DNA of 64,000 nt from Oscillospiraceae bacterium (GCA_017416685.1 JAFQBN010000012.1:59950-123949); one strand, 5' to 3'. Positions 27,372 to 38,915 are shown, counted from the first letter of the stretch. Program-made: numbers and translations. Notes: generated by a model not told the origin, from the letters alone.

Positions 27372-28733
27372 ATGAAACTGACCAAAAAAGAACTCCGCCG
27401 TGCTTGGAACCGCACGGTAAATAATTGGAAGAAAAACGCGGCAAAAAAGCAGGTGTCTGCGCCAAAACGAAAATACAAACCACTGCCGCTGCCCCTTACG
27501 GCCTTGCGGAATTTTTCGCTGTTCGTGGTCATGTTTGGCCTTGTTCTCTCTTTTTTGCTGATCGGCGGCAACGACCTGACCGCATTTTACAACGAAAAGC
27601 ACTTTGCCAAATACGCTACCATCACAAGCGAGTTTGAAGAACGGGAGGGCAAATGGGTCGACTGGACCGAACACGTAATTACACTTGAAAAGGTATCAAA
27701 GCGCTACCAGTACGTAGGCGCTGTGGTGGATTTTTCCCAATACGAACCCGAGGACTGCTTCCGCAACGGCGGCGTAATACGGCTTGACTACAGGGCCGTT
27801 TCCAACCGCCAGCAGCTGAAGCATATTTTGATCTTAAATCCCACCCACCCCATCGAAAAGGAAGGCAGCGACCTGATCGTCTACACAGACAACGCTGCCC
27901 TGAACGAAGCCTACAACTACCATCCGGCAGAGGAGTTTTACGCATTGCAGGAGGAATACGAGCAGGCCCACGCCAACATCTTCGCCATCCTGCAAAACGA
28001 TTTTGACCACATCATGTACAATCTTGTGCAGGGAAGCGGCGCGCGCTGGGTGGTACCCTTTGTGCTGTTGGTAATTTGCGCCCTGTACGCCTTCTTCGTC
28101 CATAAAAAGCGCACCGAAATGACAGACGATGGTTTGAACACCATTACTATCCTTTGGGGCGTGAGCCTGCTGGCCACTTCCATCGGCATCATGGGCCTTG
28201 CGCTGGTGGGCGGCGATATGGCGGCCGAGGGTGGTATCGGCGGCGTGGTCGTAACGGTTATTTCCATCGTTACGGGACTGTGCGCCCTGCTATTCGTGTT
28301 TTCCATGCTCCTGCCCCTTTTGCTGGACATTGATTTCGTCTATGGTTTCTCCACCTTCTGGATTAAGGCCATTGTTTCCTGTGTGGTGGCCATGCTGGTG
28401 TTCGGTCTGGGTGTAATGCTGGAGGCGCTGATGGAAGCCTACACGATCTTCCACACCGTGCTTATGATCCTGCTGGTGGTGGCGGCTCTGATGTCGTTCT
28501 TCGCCTTTGCGGGTTTCCTGGCCGCCCGGTCGGTGATTTTCAGAACCTATATGGACATTTCTCTTTCCACGTGCGCAGCGGCAGGCGAACTGGTTGGCAC
28601 GTGGGCCGAAGGTGCTGTCGCATTTCGACTTGAACAGTTGGAGAGCCGAATCGATATGTGCCACCCCAGTGAGCGTGCCGGACTTATAGAGGAAAAGAAA
28701 AGACTGGAACGTATGCTCAATCGTGATTCGTAA
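27372..28733 (+). CDS. Hypothetical multi-pass membrane protein (453 aa)
   Basis: Own promoter TTGCAA-17-TACGAT (27321-27349), GGAGG SD; basic N-terminus, one TM, soluble domain, then ~6-7 TMs; no family recognised. Confidence 0.7.
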   Translation: MKLTKKELRRAWNRTVNNWKKNAAKKQVSAPKRKYKPLPLPLTALRNFSLFVVMFGLVLSFLLIGGNDLTAFYNEKHFAKYATITSEFEEREGKWVDWTEHVITLEKVSKRYQYVGAVVDFSQYEPEDCFRNGGVIRLDYRAVSNRQQLKHILILNPTHPIEKEGSDLIVYTDNAALNEAYNYHPAEEFYALQEEYEQAHANIFAILQNDFDHIMYNLVQGSGARWVVPFVLLVICALYAFFVHKKRTEMTDDGLNTITILWGVSLLATSIGIMGLALVGGDMAAEGGIGGVVVTVISIVTGLCALLFVFSMLLPLLLDIDFVYGFSTFWIKAIVSCVVAMLVFGLGVMLEALMEAYTIFHTVLMILLVVAALMSFFAFAGFLAARSVIFRTYMDISLSTCAAAGELVGTWAEGAVAFRLEQLESRIDMCHPSERAGLIEEKKRLERMLNRDS

Positions 28734-28775
28734 GTTTCGCCCCTGTGACAAAGCAGCTCCGTGCAAGTCAACATC

Positions 28776-28815
28776 AAAAAAGGACTGGACGGCCATCGGC
28801 CGTCCAGTCCTTTTC
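28776..28815. terminator. Bidirectional terminator
   Basis: AAAAGGACTGGACGGCC-atc-GGCCGTCCAGTCCTTTT. Confidence 0.85.
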
Positions 28816-28825
28816 ATTGGAACGT

Positions 28826-30421
<1,596 letters not shown>

Positions 30422-30464
30422 TTACAAATATGTGGTGCGGGGTCCTCCCCGCGGGATTACGGTT

Positions 30465-31979
30465 TTATTTCTGAATCAGTGTTTCGCCATCCATCTCGGC
30501 AGGTTTCTCCAACCCCATCAGATCCAGCATGGTGGGGGCGATGTCGGCCAGACGGCCGTCACGCAGGTTGACGTTGGCACCCACGATGTGCAGAGGGACC
30601 AGATTGGTGGTATGGGCAGTGAAGGGGCAGCCGGACTCGTCGCACATGCACTCGGAGTTGCCGTGATCGGCGGTGATCAGGCTGATGCCGCCCATCTTGG
30701 AGGTGGCCTCCACGACCTTGGCAACGCAGGCGTCCACGGTTTCCACAGCCTTGACGGCAGCTTCCATCACGCCGGTGTGGCCCACCATGTCGCAGTTGGC
30801 AAAGTTCAGAATGATAACATCGTAAGCACCGCTCTCGATGCGCTTGACCGCCTCGTCAGCCACCTCGAAGGCGGACATCTCGGGCTGCAGGTCATAGGTA
30901 GCAACCTTGGGGGAGGCGATCAGGCAGCGGTCCTCGCCGGGGAAGGTCTGCTCCACGCCGCCGTTGAAGAAGAAGGTCACGTGGGCGTACTTCTCGGTCT
31001 CGGCAATGCGCAGCTGGGTCAGACCCAGACGGCTGATATACTCACCGAAGATGTTGTCCAGCTTCTGCCGGGGGTAGGCCACAGTGACGTTGGGCATGGT
31101 AGCATCGTACTCGGTGGTGCAGACGTAGTGAACGGGAATGAAGCCGCTCTTGCGCTCCACGTCGGTGAAATCTTCGTCCACAAAGCAGCGGGTGATCTCA
31201 CGGGCGCGGTCGGGACGGTAGTTGAAGAAGATGATGGAATCCTTCTCCTGCACACACACATCCTCGGCGCACACCACAGGCTCCACAAACTCGTCGGTCA
31301 CGCCGGCATCGTAAGAAGCCTGCACCGCGGCGGCAGCATCGGGAGCGAAGGGGGCGCTGCCCAAAGCAATGGCATCATAGGCCCGCTGCACGCGGTCCCA
31401 GCGCTTGTCACGGTCCATGGCGTAGAAGCGGCCCATGACGGTGCCGATCTTGCCCACGCCGATTTCGTCCAGCTTGGCCTGCAGCTGCTCCACAAAGCCC
31501 TTGCCGGAGGAGGGAGGCACGTCGCGGCCGTCCAGGAAGCAGTGGACATAGACCTTCTCAAGGCCCTGCTCCTTTGCCATGCGCAGCAGGGCAAACAGAT
31601 GCTCGATATGGCTGTGGACACCGCCGTCGGACAGAAGGCCCATCAGGTGCAGGGCGGAACCCCACTCCCGGCAGTTGCTCATAGCATCCACAAAGGCGGG
31701 GTTGCGCATCAGATCACCGGTCTCCACATCACGGGTGATGCGGGGCAGATCCTGGAACACCACGCGGCCGGCACCGATGTTGGTGTGGCCCACCTCGCTG
31801 TTGCCCATCTGCCCCTTGGGCAGACCCACATCCAGACCGGAAGCGGACAGCTTACAGCCGGAGGAGGTGGCAAAGATCTCGTCCAGATTGGGGGTTTTGG
31901 CCACTTCGATGGCGTTGCCCTCGGAGCAGCAGGACAGGCCAAAGCCGTCCATGATGATAAGGGTGGTAGGTGTTTTCAT
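30465..31979 (-). CDS. gpmI: 2,3-bisphosphoglycerate-independent phosphoglycerate mutase
   Basis: MDGFG, GNSEVGH, MDRDKRW, ETEKYAHVTFF, DMVGHTG, ADHGN. Confidence 0.97.
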   Translation of the reverse strand: MKTPTTLIIMDGFGLSCCSEGNAIEVAKTPNLDEIFATSSGCKLSASGLDVGLPKGQMGNSEVGHTNIGAGRVVFQDLPRITRDVETGDLMRNPAFVDAMSNCREWGSALHLMGLLSDGGVHSHIEHLFALLRMAKEQGLEKVYVHCFLDGRDVPPSSGKGFVEQLQAKLDEIGVGKIGTVMGRFYAMDRDKRWDRVQRAYDAIALGSAPFAPDAAAAVQASYDAGVTDEFVEPVVCAEDVCVQEKDSIIFFNYRPDRAREITRCFVDEDFTDVERKSGFIPVHYVCTTEYDATMPNVTVAYPRQKLDNIFGEYISRLGLTQLRIAETEKYAHVTFFFNGGVEQTFPGEDRCLIASPKVATYDLQPEMSAFEVADEAVKRIESGAYDVIILNFANCDMVGHTGVMEAAVKAVETVDACVAKVVEATSKMGGISLITADHGNSECMCDESGCPFTAHTTNLVPLHIVGANVNLRDGRLADIAPTMLDLMGLEKPAEMDGETLIQK

Positions 31980-32058
31980 ACAAGTACCTTTCTTGAACAG
32001 ATATGAGATATGAGATGAGGGATATGAGATACCCTATCTCATACGCTCACACCCTTGA

Positions 32059-32832
32059 TTATTCCTGGTTGGCAGCAGCGATAATCTGCAGGAAGTCGGG
32101 AACCTTCAGGGCGGCGCCGCCGATCAGACCGCCGTCCACGTCGGGCTGAGCCAGCAGCTCGGCAGCGTTCTTGGCGTTCATGGAGCCGCCGTACTGAATG
32201 GTCACGGCGCGGGCCACGCGGGCGCCGAACTGGTGGCGGATGATACCGCGGATGATCTCGCAGACCTCGTTAGCCTGCTCGGCAGTGGCGGTCTTGCCGG
32301 TGCCGATCGCCCACAGGGGTTCGTAAGCGATGACCACCTTGCGCATCTGGGAGGCATCCAGGCCGGACAGGGCGCACTTGACCTGATAGTTGATCAGTTC
32401 GGCGGTAACACCCAGTTCGCGCTGCTCCAGGCTCTCGCCCACGCAGACGATGGGGTGCAGACCGGCGGCCAGAGCGGCCTTGATTTTCTTGTTGACGGTG
32501 AAGTCGGTCTCGCCGTAGTACTCGCGGCGCTCGGAGTGGCCGATGATGACGTACTTGACGCCGACTTCCTTCAGCATCTCGGCAGTGACCTCGCCGGTGA
32601 AAGCGCCGTGGTCCTCGAAATGCACGTTCTCGGCACCGATGGCCACGCGGGTGTCCTTAAACATACGCACAGCGGCGGGGATGTTCACAAAGGGAACGCA
32701 CAGCACTACTTCGCACCACTTATGCTTGCCCAGCTGGGGCTTGATCTCGTCGGCAAAGGCCTTGGTCTCGGTCAGGGTCTTGTTCATCTTCCAGTTGCCG
32801 GCGATGATGGTCTTACGGTATTTACGATTCAT
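32059..32832 (-). CDS. tpiA: Triosephosphate isomerase
   Basis: AGNWKMN, IGHSERR, AYEPLWAIGTG, YGGSM, GGAAL. Confidence 0.97.
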   Translation of the reverse strand: MNRKYRKTIIAGNWKMNKTLTETKAFADEIKPQLGKHKWCEVVLCVPFVNIPAAVRMFKDTRVAIGAENVHFEDHGAFTGEVTAEMLKEVGVKYVIIGHSERREYYGETDFTVNKKIKAALAAGLHPIVCVGESLEQRELGVTAELINYQVKCALSGLDASQMRKVVIAYEPLWAIGTGKTATAEQANEVCEIIRGIIRHQFGARVARAVTIQYGGSMNAKNAAELLAQPDVDGGLIGGAALKVPDFLQIIAAANQE

Positions 32833-32931
32833 GGGATAAAGACTTCCTTTCTACGGCCGCAGGGGCCTCTATATGGAACCGGTCATGGACCGGATTATGA
32901 TGTTGATGGTTACAGGTTATGGAGTTTTTGC

Positions 32932-34203
32932 TCAGGCATCCAGCAAGCAGGCCACGCCGGGCAGCTCCTTGCCTTCCATGAACTCCAGAGAGGCGCCGCC
33001 GCCGGTGGAGATATGGGTCATCTTGTCGGCATAGCCCAGCTGCTGCACGGCAGCCGCGCTGTCACCGCCGCCGATGATGGTGATGGCGTTGGTCTGGGAC
33101 AGGGCCTTGGCCACGGCCTCGGTGCCGGCAGCGAAGGCGGCAAACTCAAACACGCCCATGGGGCCGTTCCAGATAACGGTGCCGGCATCGGCCACAGCAT
33201 TGCAGTACAGCTCCACGGTCTTGGGGCCGATATCCAGACCCTCCCAGCCGTCGGGGATGTTGCCGGCGTCCACGGTCAGGGTGTTGGCATCGGGAGCAAA
33301 CTTGTCGCCGCACACGGTGTCGATGGGCAGCAGGAGCTTGACGCCCTTGTCGGCAGCCTTCTTGATCATCTCCAGAGCATACTCCTGCCAATCGGCCTCG
33401 AACAGGGAGTTGCCGATCTTGCCGCCCTGAGCGGCGGAGAAGGTGTAGGCCATGCCGCCGCCAATGATGATGGTGTCGGCGATCTCCAGCAGGTTGTTGA
33501 TGACACCGATCTTGGAGCTGACCTTGGAGCCGCCCAGAATAGCGACCAGGGGACGCTTGGGAGCGGCCAGGGCGCCGCCGATGAAGTCCAGCTCCTTCTG
33601 AATCAGGAAGCCGGAAACGGCGGGCAGGTACTCGGCCACGCCGGCGGTGGAGGCGTGAGCGCGGTGAACGGCGCCGAAGGCATCGGACACATAGATCTCA
33701 GCCATGTCGGCCATAGCCTTGGCCAGCTTGGGGTCGTTCTTGGTCTCACCCTTTTCAAAGCGGGTGTTCTCCAGCAGCATGATCTGGCCGGGCTGCAGAG
33801 CGGCGGCCTTGGCCTGGGCATCGGGGCCGGCCACGTCGGCGGCCAGAGCCACGTCCTGACCCAGCAGCTCGCTCAGGCGGGCGGCGACGGGGGCCAGGGT
33901 CAGCTCAGCCAGAGACTTCTGCCACTTAGCCTCGGTCAGAGTGGCGGGATCCTTACCCTTCTCGGTCTGCTTCTGCACCCACTTGTCAAAGCTGGGCTGG
34001 GGCTTGCCCATGTGAGAGCAGGCGATGACGGCAGCGCCCTCGGCCAGCAGGTACTGGATGGTGGGCAGGGCGGCACGGATGCGCTTGTCATCGGTGATGA
34101 CGCCGCTGCCATCCTTGGCCATAGGCACGTTGAAGTCGCAGCGCAGCAGGACCTTCTTGCCCTTGACGTCGATGTCTTTCACGGTCTTCTTGTTGTAATT
34201 CAT
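32932..34203 (-). CDS. pgk: Phosphoglycerate kinase
   Basis: [54 protein letters not shown]. Confidence 0.97.
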   Translation of the reverse strand: MNYNKKTVKDIDVKGKKVLLRCDFNVPMAKDGSGVITDDKRIRAALPTIQYLLAEGAAVIACSHMGKPQPSFDKWVQKQTEKGKDPATLTEAKWQKSLAELTLAPVAARLSELLGQDVALAADVAGPDAQAKAAALQPGQIMLLENTRFEKGETKNDPKLAKAMADMAEIYVSDAFGAVHRAHASTAGVAEYLPAVSGFLIQKELDFIGGALAAPKRPLVAILGGSKVSSKIGVINNLLEIADTIIIGGGMAYTFSAAQGGKIGNSLFEADWQEYALEMIKKAADKGVKLLLPIDTVCGDKFAPDANTLTVDAGNIPDGWEGLDIGPKTVELYCNAVADAGTVIWNGPMGVFEFAAFAAGTEAVAKALSQTNAITIIGGGDSAAAVQQLGYADKMTHISTGGGASLEFMEGKELPGVACLLDA

Positions 34204-34243
34204 ATTGATTGCTCCTTTCGTCATATAAACGCAGGGTCGGGTT

Positions 34244-34735
34244 TTACAGATTTGACTGAGCCATCTCGCCCACGCCGGACAGCTGTGGGAAGTCCAGCTG
34301 GCGAAGCGCCTCGTAGGTAACGACCGCAACGGAATTTGCCAGATTCAGACTGCGGGCATCGGGTCGCATGGGGATACGGATGCAGCGTTCGTAGTATTTC
34401 AGGCGCAGCGCCTCGGGCAAACCGGCCGTTTCCTTGCCGAACATGAGATAGCATCCATCCCGGAACGTTGCCCCGGTATAGGTCCGTGGGGCCTTCGTGG
34501 TGGCAAGCCACAGGTCGGGATCGGGATTGACGGAGAAGAAGTGGTCCAGGTCGTCGTACACCTGCAGATCCACCATGGGCCAGTAGTCAAGGCCCGCCCG
34601 CTTGACCGCCTTTTCGCTGATGTCGAATCCAAGGGGTCGGATCAGGTGCAGACGGCTTCGGGTGGCGGCACAGGTGCGGGCGATATTGCCGCAGTTCTGG
34701 GGGATTTCCGGCTCGACCAGAACGATATTCAGCAT
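34244..34735 (-). CDS. trmL: tRNA (cytidine(34)-2'-O)-methyltransferase TrmL
   Basis: [47 protein letters not shown] motifs. Confidence 0.93.
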   Translation of the reverse strand: MLNIVLVEPEIPQNCGNIARTCAATRSRLHLIRPLGFDISEKAVKRAGLDYWPMVDLQVYDDLDHFFSVNPDPDLWLATTKAPRTYTGATFRDGCYLMFGKETAGLPEALRLKYYERCIRIPMRPDARSLNLANSVAVVTYEALRQLDFPQLSGVGEMAQSNL

Positions 34736-34753
34736 GCCCATCACACCTTTCCG

Positions 34754-34793
34754 TACAATACAGTATTGTATGACAAAATCAGGAAAATTTCAA
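34754..34793 (-). promoter_or_regulatory. sigmaA promoter overlapped by an 8-1-8 palindrome
   Basis: Minus strand TTGAAA-17-TACAAT; TACAATAC-A-GTATTGTA at 34754-34770. Confidence 0.6.
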
Positions 34794-34983
34794 CTGTAAA
34801 AAAGTCAAAAAATGCAGATATTCGCAAAGAAAGTTGATGTTTTATACAGAAAACACAAGATTTTACATCACCCTGTGAAAGTGCGGCGCAAAATCGCTCC
34901 CCCACAGAGTATGCCCCGCCCCCGCAGGCTGAAACCAAAATGAGCGCAAAAAGCGGCCCACAGATGATCTGCGGGCCGCTTTT

Positions 34984-35460
34984 TTACTTCTTTTTGTAGG
35001 TTACGTAACGGAATTTAACCCCGTCCTCCTCCAGCACGTCCCCCTCCTCAGCTACCTGCCAATCGGGCAGTTTGTCCAGATCGGGGAAATAGCGGTCGGC
35101 GGGGTAGGATGCCAGAATTTTGGTCACGTAGGCGGTGTCGCACCGATCCAGCAGGGCGCGGTACACACTCTCGCCGCCGATGACAAAGGCATCGTCCGGA
35201 GCATTTTCCATCAGGCTGTCCACGTCGGCATAGACCTCCGCCCCCTCCACCTGGTAACCCGGCGTGGCCGACAGGATGAGGTTGCGGCGATTCTTCAGGG
35301 GCCGCCCGCCGGGAAAGGTAGCCAGCGTCTTGCGGCCCAGAATCACAGGATGACCGGTGGTCAGAGCGCGAAAACGCTTCAGGTCGGCGCTGATATAGAC
35401 CAGCTGGTCACCGCCCTTGCCAATGGCCCAGTTTTCATCCACTGCAACAATCAGGTTCAT
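34984..35460 (-). CDS. folA: Dihydrofolate reductase
   Basis: LIVAVDENWAIG..DLKRFR.LT..VILGRKT..PL.NRRNLILS..IGG..VY..DRYFP. Confidence 0.93.
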   Translation of the reverse strand: MNLIVAVDENWAIGKGGDQLVYISADLKRFRALTTGHPVILGRKTLATFPGGRPLKNRRNLILSATPGYQVEGAEVYADVDSLMENAPDDAFVIGGESVYRALLDRCDTAYVTKILASYPADRYFPDLDKLPDWQVAEEGDVLEEDGVKFRYVTYKKK

Positions 35461-35471
35461 AGTTCCCTCCG

Positions 35472-36302
35472 TCAGACCGCCACAGGAATCTTCGCATCCA
35501 GGGCATGAGCCTGATAACCCTCCAGTTTCACGCTGGCGGGAGTAAAATCGTAGAAATCGGTCACAGAAGTGTCCAGACTGAATTTTGGTGCATCAAAGGG
35601 AGCGCGGGCGATGAGTTCCTCCACCACGGGGATGTGGCGGTCGTAGATGTGGGCATCGGCGATGACGTGAACGAACTCGCCGGCCTCCAGGCCGGACACC
35701 TGCGCCAGCATGTGGGTCAGGGCGGCGTACTGCATCACGTTCCAGCCGTTGGCGGTGAGCATATCCTGAGAGCGCTGATTCAAAATGGCGTTCAGGGTGT
35801 TGCCGCTGACGTTGAAGGTCATGGAGTAGGCGCAGGGGTACAGAGCCATCTCGCTCAGATCGTGATGGTTGTAGAGGTTGGTCATGATGCGCCGGGAGGT
35901 GGGGTTGTTCTTCAGGTCGAACAGCACCCGGTCCACCTGATCCATCTCGCCCTCGGGGTAGCGGTGCTTGACACCCAGCTGATAGCCGTAGGCCTTGCCG
36001 ATGGTGCCATTCTCGTCGGCCCATGCATCCCACACGTGGCTGTTGAGTTCGTGGATATCGTTGGACTTCTTCTGCCAGATCCACAAAAGCTCGTCCACCG
36101 CGGACTTGAGAAACTGCTTGCGCACGGTGATGATGGGAAACTCCTCTTTCAGGTTATAGCGGTTGACCACACCGAACAGCTTGACGGTGTGGGCGGGGGT
36201 GCCGTCCTCCCACTTGGGGCGCACGGGACGGTCCGTGTCCCAGACGCCCTTGGACAGGATATCCCTGCAGTTTTGAATAAAGACCTGATCGGCGTAGCTC
36301 AT
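35472..36302 (-). CDS. thyA: Thymidylate synthase ThyA
   Basis: VWDAWAD, IGKAYGYQ, ALYPCAY, NQRSQDM, DAHIYDRH. Confidence 0.95.
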   Translation of the reverse strand: MSYADQVFIQNCRDILSKGVWDTDRPVRPKWEDGTPAHTVKLFGVVNRYNLKEEFPIITVRKQFLKSAVDELLWIWQKKSNDIHELNSHVWDAWADENGTIGKAYGYQLGVKHRYPEGEMDQVDRVLFDLKNNPTSRRIMTNLYNHHDLSEMALYPCAYSMTFNVSGNTLNAILNQRSQDMLTANGWNVMQYAALTHMLAQVSGLEAGEFVHVIADAHIYDRHIPVVEELIARAPFDAPKFSLDTSVTDFYDFTPASVKLEGYQAHALDAKIPVAV

Positions 36303-36392
36303 ACCCAACCGCTCCTTTGTGTCATGTATTGTGTTAATCATACACTTAAACAGCCGGAAACGCAACAGAAAAGTTGCGCTTCCGGCTGTGGC

Positions 36393-36641
36393 TTATTCCC
36401 CTTTGTACTTTTTCCGGGTGGCAAGACCCCCTCGGATGTGCCGCTGGGCCTTGTTTTCGTCCAGCACCTGCTTGACCTGCAGGTACAGCGGACGGTTAAA
36501 GGTGGGCAGACGGTCCTGAATATCCTTGTGAACGGTGGATTTGCTGATGCCGAACTTCCGGGCCGCACCACGGACCGTGGTGTTATTCTCTATGATGTAC
36601 TGGGCCAGACCGCAGGCCCGTTCCTCGATATTCCCCTTCAC
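36393..36641 (-). CDS. spoIIID: Sporulation transcriptional regulator SpoIIID
   Basis: IEER....A.YIIENNTTVR.AA.KFGISKSTVHKD..RL....NKAQRHIRGGLAT..KY; GTG start. Confidence 0.95.
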   Translation of the reverse strand: MKGNIEERACGLAQYIIENNTTVRGAARKFGISKSTVHKDIQDRLPTFNRPLYLQVKQVLDENKAQRHIRGGLATRKKYKGE

Positions 36642-36746
36642 TTGGCAACACGCTCCATTTCTGCGTTACTGCCACAGTTATATGAGAAAATCGCGAACAA
36701 TAGAACGCAAAAAGGGGACGGCGAGAGCCGTCCCCTTTCGGTTTAC

Positions 36747-36881
36747 TTACTCCTGCACGGAAAACTGGTCCTTACCGACGCCGCACAGTTCGCAGGTGAA
36801 GTCCTCGGGCAGATCCTCCCACTTCACGCCGGTCTCGGCCTCGTCATAGACCCAGCCGCACACATCACAAACATATTTCAT
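36747..36881 (-). CDS. Rubredoxin (44 aa; below the ORF-track length cutoff)
   Basis: MKYVCDVCGWVYDEAETGVKWEDLPEDFTCELCGVGKDQFSVQE; two CxxCG motifs; AAAAGGAGG SD. Confidence 0.93.
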   Translation of the reverse strand: MKYVCDVCGWVYDEAETGVKWEDLPEDFTCELCGVGKDQFSVQE

Positions 36882-36935
36882 AACAAATTCCTCCTTTTGT
36901 GTTGTAAACAGTTTATCCTGTTTGGTTGTATTTAA

Positions 36936-37736
36936 TCAGGGGCGCATGCCCAAGCCACCCTCCAGGGTGATGGTCTCGCCGGTCATATACTTAAAATCAG
37001 GGTGCGCCAGCTGGACACAGACCCGACCGATATGCTCCTCGGGGTCACCGAAAAAGCCCATGGGCGGGGTGTGGACATTCTTCTCAAAGGCATCGGGATA
37101 GGCCTTCTGGAAGTTCTCCAGCTGAGCCGTCCAGGCCAGGGGGCAGACCACATTGACATTGATACCGTCCTTGCTCCACTCGGTGGCGGCCACACGGGTC
37201 AAACCGCGGATACCTTCCTTAGCGGCGGCGTAGGCGCACTGACCGTAGTTGCCGAACAGACCGGCACCGGAGGCAAAGTTGATGACACTGCCTTTGGCCT
37301 TGGCCAGGTAGGGGTAGCAGGCCTGCATATAGTAGAAGGCCGCATACAGACCGGAATACACCGCCAAGTCAAACTGCTCGGTGGTGTGGTCGGCCAGGGT
37401 CACTCCGGAGGCGGAGGCCTGGGCGTTGTTGATCAGCACGTCAATCCCGCCAAACTCGGCTACCGCTTGCTCCACCACAGCCTTGGCGGTGGCGGCGTTG
37501 TCGTTACCCGCGGCAATATCGCCCTGAACGGGCAGAACCTTCACACCGTACAGACGCTCCAGTTCTTCCTTGGCGTCCTGCAATTTCTGCACATTGCGGC
37601 CGGTGATGACGATGTTGGCGCCCTCCTTGGCGTAGGCGGTGGCAATGCCGTAGCCGATGGAGCCGGCACGGCCGTCAGACAGAACCGCCCGACCGCCGCC
37701 GGTGATGAGAACGGTTTTTCCGGTAAAATAACCCAT
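36936..37736 (-). CDS. SDR oxidoreductase, probable NADP-dependent 12alpha-hydroxysteroid dehydrogenase
   Basis: TGGG..SIGYGIATAYAKEG..GRN..KEELERLYG, NNAQASASG, YSGLYAAFYYM, YAAAK, GETITLEGG.G.RP match my recollection of characterised gut 12alpha-HSDHs. Confidence 0.78.
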   Translation of the reverse strand: MGYFTGKTVLITGGGRAVLSDGRAGSIGYGIATAYAKEGANIVITGRNVQKLQDAKEELERLYGVKVLPVQGDIAAGNDNAATAKAVVEQAVAEFGGIDVLINNAQASASGVTLADHTTEQFDLAVYSGLYAAFYYMQACYPYLAKAKGSVINFASGAGLFGNYGQCAYAAAKEGIRGLTRVAATEWSKDGINVNVVCPLAWTAQLENFQKAYPDAFEKNVHTPPMGFFGDPEEHIGRVCVQLAHPDFKYMTGETITLEGGLGMRP

Positions 37737-37853
37737 TAAAATCCCTCCAAACAGAACCTTTGTATTATATTTTCCTCCACAGCGCTATATATGAGGGCCC
37801 TGGATAAATCCCCCGATAGCGGAGGTCCGCTGTCGGGGGATGTTTGATTTCCC

Positions 37854-38438
37854 TTAGAAGTAACGCTTCAGCAGACCTTCCAGACCCTTGCCGTGGCGAG
37901 CCTCGTCGCGGGCCATCTCGTGGACGGTGTCGTGGATGGCGTCCAGACCGTTTTTCTTGGCGCAGGCGGCCAGGTCGAACTTGCCCTGGGTGGCGCCGTA
38001 CTCGCAGTCCACACGCCACTTCAGGTTATCCTTGGTGGTAGCCTTCATCATAGGCTCCAGATCCTCGCCCAGCAGCTCGGCGAACTTGGCGGCATGCTCG
38101 GCCTCCTCATAAGCGGCCTTCTCCCAGTACAGACCCACCTCGGGATAGCCCTCACGGTGGGCGATGCGGGCCATACACAGGTACATACCGACCTCGGAAC
38201 ACTCGCCGTTGAAGTTGGCCATGAGCTGCTCAAAGATGTACTTCTTGTCCGCCTCGGAGATGTCGGGGTTGTTCTTCACGGTCTTGCCGTACACGCCGTA
38301 CTCATGCTCGGCAGCCAGCTTCATCTCACCTTCCACTTCCTTGAACTTCTCGGCAGGGACCTTGCAAACGGGGCACTGCTCGGGAGCGCTGTCGCCCTCG
38401 TGAACATAACCACAAACAGAACAAACGTACTTTTTCAT
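37854..38438 (-). CDS. Reverse rubrerythrin (N-terminal rubredoxin-like + ferritin-like diiron domain)
   Basis: CSVCGY..CPVC; ECSEVGMY, EEAEHA, EYGA, DEARHG. Confidence 0.92.
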   Translation of the reverse strand: MKKYVCSVCGYVHEGDSAPEQCPVCKVPAEKFKEVEGEMKLAAEHEYGVYGKTVKNNPDISEADKKYIFEQLMANFNGECSEVGMYLCMARIAHREGYPEVGLYWEKAAYEEAEHAAKFAELLGEDLEPMMKATTKDNLKWRVDCEYGATQGKFDLAACAKKNGLDAIHDTVHEMARDEARHGKGLEGLLKRYF

Positions 38439-38473
38439 GATTTTTTCCTCCAATTAAATAATTTATTTTGAAT

Positions 38474-38878
38474 TTATTGTTTGACTTCTTTTTTTATGCA
38501 TTGGTCGCAGGTGCCGAACACCGTCAAATCGTGGTGGTCGGTGCGGAAGCCGTACTGCCTGCACACCTGCTGCTCTACCTGCTCCCCGGCAGCGATATCG
38601 GGAATGTCGATCACGGAATGACAGCAGGTACAGACGAAGTGCGTGTGGTTTTCCGTGTTGGCATCAAACCGTTCGTGTCCGTCCACCACACCCACACTGC
38701 GGATCACACCCTGTTGACGAAAAAGGGTCAGATTGCGATACACCGTACCCAAACTCAGGTCCGGATGCTCCGGCTTGAGCTGCTGGTACAGCCACTCTGC
38801 CGTAGGGTGGCTCTTCGTCATCCGCATGGCTTCAAGAATAGCCTCGCGCTTTTTGCTGTATCGGGTCGTTCGCTCCAT
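38474..38878 (-). CDS. perR: Fur-family repressor, PerR-like
   Basis: SKKREAIL..HPTAE..LSLGTVYRNL..RFD....HTHFVCTCC..GTCDQC; co-oriented with rubrerythrin. Confidence 0.82.
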   Translation of the reverse strand: MERTTRYSKKREAILEAMRMTKSHPTAEWLYQQLKPEHPDLSLGTVYRNLTLFRQQGVIRSVGVVDGHERFDANTENHTHFVCTCCHSVIDIPDIAAGEQVEQQVCRQYGFRTDHHDLTVFGTCDQCIKKEVKQ

Positions 38879-38915
38879 CTCAACCTCCTTTTCCGCAGGG
38901 TTTATTCTCTCGCTT

